DNA from: a virus
Taxonomy: Duplodnaviria > Caudoviricetes
IMG/VR virus record: IMGVR_UViG_3300021167_000382
Span: 32,001 to 96,000 of that record
DNA: 64,000 nucleotides
Strand: one strand, 5' to 3'
Below the pieces are notes generated by a model. That model searched no databases and was not told the origin of the DNA. It worked only from the letters and a program-made list of their open reading frames with translations. Below are positions 56,610 through 64,000 of the stretch, piece after piece. The first letter of the stretch is position 1; the number at the start of each line of letters is the position of its first letter. Both the position numbers and the translations under genes were made by a program.

Positions 56610-59221
56610 TAATTACTCCCAGTTGCGTTGATGTTGAGGTGTCCGCTGAGGCTAATCAGATTCTTCCCGTATAACTGAACGACGCGCTTTAGGAAAGCGT
56701 AGCTCTCTACATCTAGCAATATCGTCGTGTCGAGTTGATGAGGGTGGATCAGAACAAACCGATAATCAATCCCTAGTTCCTCATTAAGCGGATCGTTTTT
56801 GAGGAGTGGGGTGTATGTCTTACAAATTTCAATCACATCACTATCCAGTAACTTCTTCTGGAGTTTCTCACGTGGGAATAGACCACTTTGCAAGTCATTG
56901 ATGAGGTGTGCGAAGAAAGGACTATAAAGTCGATGTCTTTCTTGGATAGCTGACGGCGCGTTGCGCGACGGCTGCGGGAGATGTAGAGACAGATAACTGC
57001 CAACCACTCGATCAATCACCAATGACGCTTGACGAAGTAAATCGGTTTCAGAAAGCGTCAGTCCCCTTAAAGGAATGAGACGTTCTTTTACCTGATACGG
57101 CTGCCCGTTCAACGCATTCGTAACACTGATGCCTTGGTGTTCTTCTGAGAAGACGACGTCGTCACGGCGCTTCAACGCACCCTTCACATAAATAGACATC
57201 ACGCGATCATCACGAATATCGTATCTATTATTGTTAGACAGCACACCGTGTTCAATAAAACCATAGTCATCCGTCGATTCAGCAGGAACCATTACACCAT
57301 CAGCTGTTTCACAGAAGCCAGTGAATCTAACCGTTATGCGCTGCGCTGTACTACCAGCAGGCTGGGTTAGATAGTCTTTATTGAAGATGTGGATGTTCGG
57401 GAATTCATAAGTAAAATCAAGACCCCGGATCAATGATCGACCATTTAGCCAGATATCTAAATCAGCCCCAGGAACAGGAAGTTCACGGTGAAGACCGCCT
57501 GAGACTTCTGTTAATGGAAAATAGAGCGTACCTGCCACAGGTAGGATAGAGAATTCATAGGCAAGAAACTTCTCATCAGTTCGCACCATGAGAATGTAGT
57601 CTTCATCCGCTGAGGTCCATTTTAGCAATCCATCAGCGATCTCATACATATCGCTATCAGTCACATCTATCCAGGGCGTTCTGGCAATAGTGTTTTCACC
57701 ATAAGCCATATAGACCTTGTAATTTGAATTACTAGGGACAGGGATGTCAGTTACACCGAAGGTAACTGCAGGGTTATGACTTCCTAGCCCAACTACCCCT
57801 TCAATATAGCTACAGTCAACATGTTCAGCGACATGGACTGCACCCATAGTGTGCGTGGACCATCCTAGTAAAACACCCATCTCGTCGTATTCATAGATGG
57901 TTGAATTATTCTGAAGACCTGCTGGGAGCATGAATGCCTCAGGGACACCGAATGCTGCATTGCTGTAAATAGGTGAGTCAGCTAAGACCTTACTGATGGC
58001 ATTGTAGCCATAGCTCTTCTCAATCAGATCAATGTCAATCTGCGCATAGTCAATGTCCAAAGACCGAATGAATGCTGAGTTCTCAAGTTCAGCTGCTTTC
58101 CAATAAGGAACTGTTGCATCAGCACCAATCAACGCACTAACGATACTTTGATCATCAAGCTTGTAAAGTTCGAAGATGCGATTGTTTTCGAATGGTAGTT
58201 TCTTAACCAGGCCACTATGGCGAATATATAAACGAACTGAAGCTGTTCCAGCTGGTTTACCTTGAGCAGTTAGCCAGTCGACCAAGGATTGATGTGTGTT
58301 GGAAACATTATCAACAAGAAGACTGTAGTCGCGATGCGTCACCATCCGCAGTGTTTCATGGAGATTCCGGTGAACATAGCGTCCATAAGTTCGATATTCA
58401 GACTTTACCAAGACATAGACATCGATATCATCTACATAGTCAATGACATGATCTGAAGTTTCAGGATAATGGAGAAGGTACTTCTGTTTTTGATCCCGCA
58501 GTGATGTGAATGCCGGTAGTCCAGTCAATGGGAAATCAATGACTCGTTTTACTGAGAGGTCGATGATGCATTCTACATAGTCACCGATGGTCACAGATAA
58601 CGGTGAAAGACTGTCGACCATTGTGCCGTTCACATAGGAGAACGTAGCACCACCCATGGCTTTCCACTGGGCTTCGATGCTTTGAATTTCCAATACATCT
58701 GTCATGGCATAGATCAACTTACTAACCACACGTGTATTAGAAGTCAATCCATCCGCTTCAGTGCTGTCGTAGTACGCATTCGTATAAAGACGGAGATAAA
58801 CCTGGTTATCATCCATGTTAAGGTTGAAGCTAGGTTTTACCTCAACACAGAAAATGAATCCACGGTCCGGTGTGTATTGGTAATAGACTTGGGTCAGTGG
58901 GATACGAAGACCGTTGTCCATATAGACATCACAGAACAGAGGAAGGTTGTTCACCGCCTCAGTCATGTTAATCCACGGCTGCTCTGCCCAGAAGGGGTCT
59001 TTTGGAAGCAACCCAAGAATAGTCGGATGTGCTTGACCGACATAATAAACATGGTAATACTTTTTGGGCTCGGGAAGCGAAATACGGCGAGTCATCACTA
59101 ATGTGGAAACCGTATCCCCGCCTTTTTTCGTGATCCGCGCTGCTGCTAGGATAATTTGATTATCCTGCTCCGGACTACACCAGACACTTTTAACAGCGTG
59201 ATCCCTGAGGATATCGAACAA
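56609..59221 (-). CDS. Virion structural protein (phiKZ gp27-like)
   Basis: 870 aa; 'VWCSPEQDNQ', 'RMVTHRDYS', 'DIWLNGRSLI.GLDF' motifs. Confidence 0.72.
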   Translation of the reverse strand: MFDILRDHAVKSVWCSPEQDNQIILAAARITKKGGDTVSTLVMTRRISLPEPKKYYHVYYVGQAHPTILGLLPKDPFWAEQPWINMTEAVNNLPLFCDVYMDNGLRIPLTQVYYQYTPDRGFIFCVEVKPSFNLNMDDNQVYLRLYTNAYYDSTEADGLTSNTRVVSKLIYAMTDVLEIQSIEAQWKAMGGATFSYVNGTMVDSLSPLSVTIGDYVECIIDLSVKRVIDFPLTGLPAFTSLRDQKQKYLLHYPETSDHVIDYVDDIDVYVLVKSEYRTYGRYVHRNLHETLRMVTHRDYSLLVDNVSNTHQSLVDWLTAQGKPAGTASVRLYIRHSGLVKKLPFENNRIFELYKLDDQSIVSALIGADATVPYWKAAELENSAFIRSLDIDYAQIDIDLIEKSYGYNAISKVLADSPIYSNAAFGVPEAFMLPAGLQNNSTIYEYDEMGVLLGWSTHTMGAVHVAEHVDCSYIEGVVGLGSHNPAVTFGVTDIPVPSNSNYKVYMAYGENTIARTPWIDVTDSDMYEIADGLLKWTSADEDYILMVRTDEKFLAYEFSILPVAGTLYFPLTEVSGGLHRELPVPGADLDIWLNGRSLIRGLDFTYEFPNIHIFNKDYLTQPAGSTAQRITVRFTGFCETADGVMVPAESTDDYGFIEHGVLSNNNRYDIRDDRVMSIYVKGALKRRDDVVFSEEHQGISVTNALNGQPYQVKERLIPLRGLTLSETDLLRQASLVIDRVVGSYLSLHLPQPSRNAPSAIQERHRLYSPFFAHLINDLQSGLFPREKLQKKLLDSDVIEICKTYTPLLKNDPLNEELGIDYRFVLIHPHQLDTTILLDVESYAFLKRVVQLYGKNLISLSGHLNINATGSN

Positions 59222-59325
59222 AATGTTTCTCCTTTAATGGCTACTAGACGACCTTACCACGAGAACCTCCATAACAGAGGCCTCATGGTAAGATAACGAT
59301 CAGTCTAGTCAATTCCTATCAGCAA

Positions 59326-60318
59326 TCAAAACTCACGAAACTCGATTTCATTCGATGCAGATTCCGTTACATAGGTCACGGACTGGATTTCGTCCAAATA
59401 GTTCAACTTGAATTCGTTGACATTACCAGACCGAGACTGAGTTTCAATCAAGCGATAAATCTGACAAGACTTATAGGTCTTTTCCGTCATCGCTGCAAAG
59501 ACAATCGCAATCCAGGTAGGCGGATGCTCCAATGCAACCATGATCATATCACGTGCATTGTTACCATACCAAGTATTCTGAACAACGGTGACCAGCATCG
59601 TCAGATTGAAGTCTTGAAGTCGGATATTCTTGACAATGTCCTTGATAGCCTGACAGAGACTCTCAACACCATCTACTTCCGGCATCTGGACGAAGATTTC
59701 CATAATCTCGCGTTCAGACAGTTTGGTTGCATTAATGGTATGGATCACAGCTATATCAAGGGCTTTTTCCTCGAGCTTCTTCTGGTCCGTAAACAGAGTA
59801 TGGTAATAGTACATTGCGATGGCCATGATCACACGCTGATCCTGGAAATCTAGACCATAGACTTTAGAAACAGCCTGGCTGATCCATGCCGCAAAAACAT
59901 TCCCAGCAAAGGAGAACTTGGAGCGGAGCGTCGATTGCTTTCCAACAACCCACTTCAATTCGAGCACTGACCGATTTTTGGTCAGCATGTACTCAGTTTT
60001 ATTCTTAACGGATTCCTCAAAAGTTTTTGCTGTGATATATTGAGCGGCGTGGTTTTTGTAAGCACGAACATCGGCTACGAGGTAACTCTGGCCTTTGAAA
60101 TTCTCGATCAAATAGGGATGAACGAAAGCAGGGACATGGCTTTCACCGGCTTCCAATCCAGCAACGAATACCAGGTGCATCTCTTCAATAGGAGAAATAC
60201 CAAAGTTTTGGTCGCGAAGACTCGTCATCACCAGTGCTTCTTTCAGGGCTGTTTCGAGTTTATTACTCGGGAAGATCGACCCAGCAGTCGTTTTATAGCT
60301 TGTTTTAAAAATTGGCAT
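59326..60318 (-). CDS. Virion structural protein (phiKZ gp28-like)
   Basis: 'SYKTTAG', 'PAFVHP', 'VALEHPPTW' motifs; divergent from the sheath gene. Confidence 0.7.
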   Translation of the reverse strand: MPIFKTSYKTTAGSIFPSNKLETALKEALVMTSLRDQNFGISPIEEMHLVFVAGLEAGESHVPAFVHPYLIENFKGQSYLVADVRAYKNHAAQYITAKTFEESVKNKTEYMLTKNRSVLELKWVVGKQSTLRSKFSFAGNVFAAWISQAVSKVYGLDFQDQRVIMAIAMYYYHTLFTDQKKLEEKALDIAVIHTINATKLSEREIMEIFVQMPEVDGVESLCQAIKDIVKNIRLQDFNLTMLVTVVQNTWYGNNARDMIMVALEHPPTWIAIVFAAMTEKTYKSCQIYRLIETQSRSGNVNEFKLNYLDEIQSVTYVTESASNEIEFREF

Positions 60319-60347
60319 TTTCTTTTTTTCCTCGTGAAAGGTTGGTC

Positions 60348-62444
60348 ATGAAGAACATTATCAATGGCGCACCCGGGTGGGTGAATTACGGCGTCAAGGA
60401 CGATTCGTCCTTACCCTACACCCGCTCAGCAGTTCCGCTTCCACAGCATTTGCCGAAGTTCTTTATTTACGCTCAAAAGGGTCCTTCGATCTTCGATAAA
60501 TACCCGGAACAATTGCTGGTTGGCAATGAGCGTAACTTGATGTACGGCGATGACACCTTCGTTGAAGGTTCGAAGTATTTCAATCACCAGACCGTGTTCT
60601 CCAATGGCGTGAATGCTCAGGGTAATACCGGCATGTATGTCCGCATGTTGGGCAAGAACCATGGTCCGAAACCGACTGCACAGCTGTCGTTGGATGTGTT
60701 GCCCTGTAAGATCGACGTCTACAAGCGCTATGCTGACGGTTCTTTGGAACTGGATGCCGCTGGTGATCCGAAGCTGACCGGCGCTCAGGTTGACGGCTAT
60801 CGCGTCAAGTTTGTAGTTAGTTCCATTTCCACCTTGGCCGGTGAAGCTGACTTCGGTCAACGTGATCCTTCTCAAGGCGATCAGGTCGATGCCGTTTCTG
60901 GTGTACAGTCGACACGTTACCCGATCATGGATTTCCAACACAGCTTCTATGGTGAAGATGGCAATCTGTCAGGTTTCCGTCTCTGGGGTCAGACGCTGGA
61001 TAACACCGGCTCCCTCCCGACCAAGATGATGTCGTCGGAACGTGCTTACCCGCTGAACTTCGGCATCGTTCGTAAGAACGCCAAGACGGGTAATGTTAAG
61101 TTCCAGGAAACCATTTTCGGTGAGCAGTTCATGACTGTGACGCTGAAGCCTGGCGTGATTGATCCGCTGACCAATAAGAAGATCGGTATCACTGATCGTG
61201 CTGTTAAGGAATACCAGAACTTGACCGATACTCGCTACCCGATGGCTTGGGGTGAGTTTGGTAAGATGGTGGTCTATCAAGATAACATCAACATGTTGGT
61301 TCAGATGTTCCACGCTGCTGAAGCAGCTGCTGGTCTTGAAAACTGGCATGACTTTGATGATGTTGAAACTGACAAGTTCCTGTTCAACATCTTTACCGGT
61401 GTGAATACCTCGGGTGCACCGTACAACAGCTTCATCTACGTTGAATCGCCGGATAGCGTTCGTTTCTCTGCCAATACCAATGTCTTCCTGCAAGGTGGCA
61501 CGGATGGTGAGATGACCAATGACAATTTCGCTGACTCCGTGAGCGAATACATGGATCGCTATTCGAATCCGAACGATGAACTGATGGATGACGCGTATCA
61601 CGTTGAATCCCACATCTACGATACCGGCTTCCCGCTGGATACCAAGTACAACCTGATCAAGTTCATCTCTGAACGTAAGGACACGTTTGTCCAACTCGTT
61701 CCGTACACCGACGGCGAACGCACGTTGACCTCGGCTGAAGAATACTCGATCGCTGCATCGTTGATGGCTCGCATTGCCCTGTATCCGGAATCGACCTACT
61801 TCGGCACGCCAGTCTATCGCGCCATGGTAACGGGTTGTTCTGGTAAGATCCGCGGTATGGCTGATGAACGGGATTACCCGGCTCTGTACGAGATCGCTGT
61901 TAAGAGCGCTAAGTATATGGGCGCGTCGAACGGTATTTTCAAGTCGAATGAGCGTTTTGAAGGTTATCCTGGTCACATCGTTGATTCGATGTACGACCTG
62001 TCGATCCGTTTCATTCCGGACAGCATTCGTGTCCGTAACTGGGATATCGGTCTGAACTGGCTGGCTCGTTTTGACCGCGAGCAGTACTACTTCCCGGCAT
62101 TGAAGACTGTCTACAATGAAGATACTTCCGTCCTAACGGGCTACATCTTCGCATGCGTCATGCTGACGGTCAACAAGGCATTGTCTAAGTGCCAGCGCGT
62201 TTTCTCTGGCCGTAGCGATTTGACACCAGCTCAGTTTACCACTAAGGTGAACGAATGGTTGACGGAAGAACTTCGTGGTCGCTTCGATAACCGCGTAACG
62301 ATCATTCCGCGTGCTCAGTTCACTTCGATGGACGAGATCCGCAACTATTCCTGGACTGTTCCGGTGGACGTTGGCGGTGAAGGCATGAAGACTGTTATGA
62401 CGGCTTATGCTGTTGCTCGTCGTCGTGCTGATCTGACCCAATAA
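60348..62444 (+). CDS. Tail sheath protein (phiKZ gp29-like)
   Basis: Start MKNIINGAP; 'PQHLPKFFIYAQKGP', 'LQGGTDG', 'YDTGF.LDTK', 'PESTYFGTPV' motifs. Confidence 0.88.
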   Translation: MKNIINGAPGWVNYGVKDDSSLPYTRSAVPLPQHLPKFFIYAQKGPSIFDKYPEQLLVGNERNLMYGDDTFVEGSKYFNHQTVFSNGVNAQGNTGMYVRMLGKNHGPKPTAQLSLDVLPCKIDVYKRYADGSLELDAAGDPKLTGAQVDGYRVKFVVSSISTLAGEADFGQRDPSQGDQVDAVSGVQSTRYPIMDFQHSFYGEDGNLSGFRLWGQTLDNTGSLPTKMMSSERAYPLNFGIVRKNAKTGNVKFQETIFGEQFMTVTLKPGVIDPLTNKKIGITDRAVKEYQNLTDTRYPMAWGEFGKMVVYQDNINMLVQMFHAAEAAAGLENWHDFDDVETDKFLFNIFTGVNTSGAPYNSFIYVESPDSVRFSANTNVFLQGGTDGEMTNDNFADSVSEYMDRYSNPNDELMDDAYHVESHIYDTGFPLDTKYNLIKFISERKDTFVQLVPYTDGERTLTSAEEYSIAASLMARIALYPESTYFGTPVYRAMVTGCSGKIRGMADERDYPALYEIAVKSAKYMGASNGIFKSNERFEGYPGHIVDSMYDLSIRFIPDSIRVRNWDIGLNWLARFDREQYYFPALKTVYNEDTSVLTGYIFACVMLTVNKALSKCQRVFSGRSDLTPAQFTTKVNEWLTEELRGRFDNRVTIIPRAQFTSMDEIRNYSWTVPVDVGGEGMKTVMTAYAVARRRADLTQ

Positions 62445-62468
62445 CCCCCATCGTCAAGGAGAAACGAG

Positions 62469-63335
62469 ATGTCTCGTCAAACTGATCAAATCCTGAAATC
62501 GACCGGTTTCTTTTCCGGTAACGAAACGGCTTTTTCGAATCCGCTGCTTGGCGGTCAATTCGCTTGGGCTACCAATCCTGAAGAATGGCTGGGTACCCAG
62601 GCTTACGTTCCGCGTAACCTGATCCCTATCGTTCTGGAAACACCGCGCTTCTTCGAGAAGATGCCGAACCCTGACCAATGGGTCACTGCCTGGAAGATCT
62701 ACTTCGAAAAACACTGCCGTGTGATCGAAGGTTTGAAAGCAGGTCTCACGGTTGAAACTGCCGAACATGCTTTCGGTGCTGCTGGTGAAATGTTCCAGGA
62801 AATCGTCGATGTCAAGCGTGAACGTTCTACGCTGTCGACGACTGCTACCGAGAAATACGGTAACGTCTGGCAGACATTCTGGGAAAAGGTTATCACCTAT
62901 GGTGGTATGGACCCTGAAACCAAGACCCCGTTGATCGCTACGATGGCGGATGTCCCTGCCGACTTCTTGGCTGACTGGTACACCGGCACGATCGCGTTCA
63001 TCGAACCTGATCCGACCATGAAACGTGCACTGCGCTGCTGGGTCACGACCAATATCTTCCCGCAAGGTACTGGCTCGATCGAAGGAAAGATGGACAAGAC
63101 CTCGTCGATGTCTGTCAAGGAACTGAGCCTTGAGTTCAACGCCTTGTCGTTCTACGGCACTGGCACTCGTGCGCTGGGTCAGGAACTGCTGGACGGTATC
63201 TCGAAGCAATGGGCTAATCCACAGCTTCGCAAGTCCTTTATCACTGATATCGCAGCTGACGTTAAGGCTGTAACCAAAGGGTACAAGGAATCGGTCGAAA
63301 CCGTCGCAACCAACCGCGTCGGCGATACCATCTAA
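62469..63335 (+). CDS. Tail tube protein (phiKZ gp30-like)
   Basis: Follows the sheath gene; 'YVPRNLIPIVLETP', 'EKYG', 'MDPETK', 'FIEPDP' motifs. Confidence 0.82.
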   Translation: MSRQTDQILKSTGFFSGNETAFSNPLLGGQFAWATNPEEWLGTQAYVPRNLIPIVLETPRFFEKMPNPDQWVTAWKIYFEKHCRVIEGLKAGLTVETAEHAFGAAGEMFQEIVDVKRERSTLSTTATEKYGNVWQTFWEKVITYGGMDPETKTPLIATMADVPADFLADWYTGTIAFIEPDPTMKRALRCWVTTNIFPQGTGSIEGKMDKTSSMSVKELSLEFNALSFYGTGTRALGQELLDGISKQWANPQLRKSFITDIAADVKAVTKGYKESVETVATNRVGDTI

Positions 63336-63351
63336 GCAAAAAAGAAATGTG

Positions 63352-63379
63352 AGGAGAGGGTGCTTCGGCACCCTCTCCT
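63352..63379. terminator. Hairpin between convergent genes
   Basis: aggagagggtgc-ttcg-gcaccctctcct. Confidence 0.75.
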
Positions 63380-63384
63380 TATCG

Positions 63385-63561
63385 TTAATCTTTAAATTGC
63401 TCTTCGAGGCGAGCGCGTGATTCAGCAAGCTCTTTACGAAGTAGTTCATGAGCTACCACGATCTTCTCCCCTTCATTCATGGGTTTCTGGTCATCTTTCT
63501 TCCCAGTGTTACCGGATGACAGATGGCTACCGAAAAACTCCCGACGCTGCATTGTTGCCAT
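63385..63561 (-). CDS. 58-aa hypothetical protein (not in ORF track)
   Basis: AAGGAGAA SD; MATMQRREFFGSHLSSG...RLEEQFKD. Confidence 0.55.
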   Translation of the reverse strand: MATMQRREFFGSHLSSGNTGKKDDQKPMNEGEKIVVAHELLRKELAESRARLEEQFKD

Positions 63562-63590
63562 TTCAAATTCTCCTTCTATCTGGTTTTGTA

Positions 63591-63899
63591 TTATCCAGCC
63601 GTAACCTGTTGAGATTGATAACCGTATTTCTGGCTATTCTCAATGGTACGGATTGTGGACATCATTGCAAAGATTTCCTGCATCCCGATTCCCAACTCAT
63701 AAACCCTGCCAGTCACTTCACAGAGTTTATTAAAGTAGAAATCAAGAATGATGATTGAGTTCGCAGTAATGCGAAGATGATCGTATCCGTCGAGCTGCAC
63801 GGTAATGTTCGGATAACCCGTGAAAAGGGTTACGTAGCGTTTAATCTCTTCTTCTAGTTCAGTAAGAGACTTAACACCTTCCGCATTTAACTTGAGCAT
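63591..63899 (-). CDS. Hypothetical protein
   Basis: 102 aa, AGGAGGAGATT SD. Confidence 0.65.
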   Translation of the reverse strand: MLKLNAEGVKSLTELEEEIKRYVTLFTGYPNITVQLDGYDHLRITANSIIILDFYFNKLCEVTGRVYELGIGMQEIFAMMSTIRTIENSQKYGYQSQQVTAG

Positions 63900-64000
63900 T
63901 TAAATCTCCTCCTGAAAGAAATTAAAAACCGAGGCTCTTCCTAGCCTGGTCTTCCGTAAGAAAACCAAACCTTTCACCGTCTGTACCTTTACCAAAGATA

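Noticed and set aside
1-64000. CRISPR arrays, tRNA or rRNA genes
   Set aside because: No regularly spaced direct repeats, cloverleaf/T-loop signatures or rRNA motifs seen by eye

Overview
This window is a core-genome segment of a nucleus-forming, phiKZ-like jumbo phage (Chimalliviridae). Recognisable genes include chimallin (31893-33731), PhuZ tubulin (44462-45445), major capsid protein (24885-27065), terminase large subunit, tail sheath and tube, a virion RNA polymerase beta-prime fragment, both halves of a split family-B DNA polymerase, and head proteins with A/S-x-E protease sites. The DnaB-like helicase is interrupted by a 404-nt ORF-less group I intron (29086-29489). Small minus-strand cassettes follow a repeated promoter-like motif (minus strand TCACTCATGTATAT). 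The leading unexplained signals are: (1) a nuclease-less TnpB-like protein directly upstream of phuZ, next to a long structured non-coding region; (2) a structured ~220-nt ncRNA candidate after the terminase gene; (3) a likely -1 programmed frameshift (T TTT TTC) resembling a G/GT tail-chaperone pair; (4) alternative pairings at the intron 5' end. phiKZ gene numbers come from recalled motifs and synteny, not from a database search.
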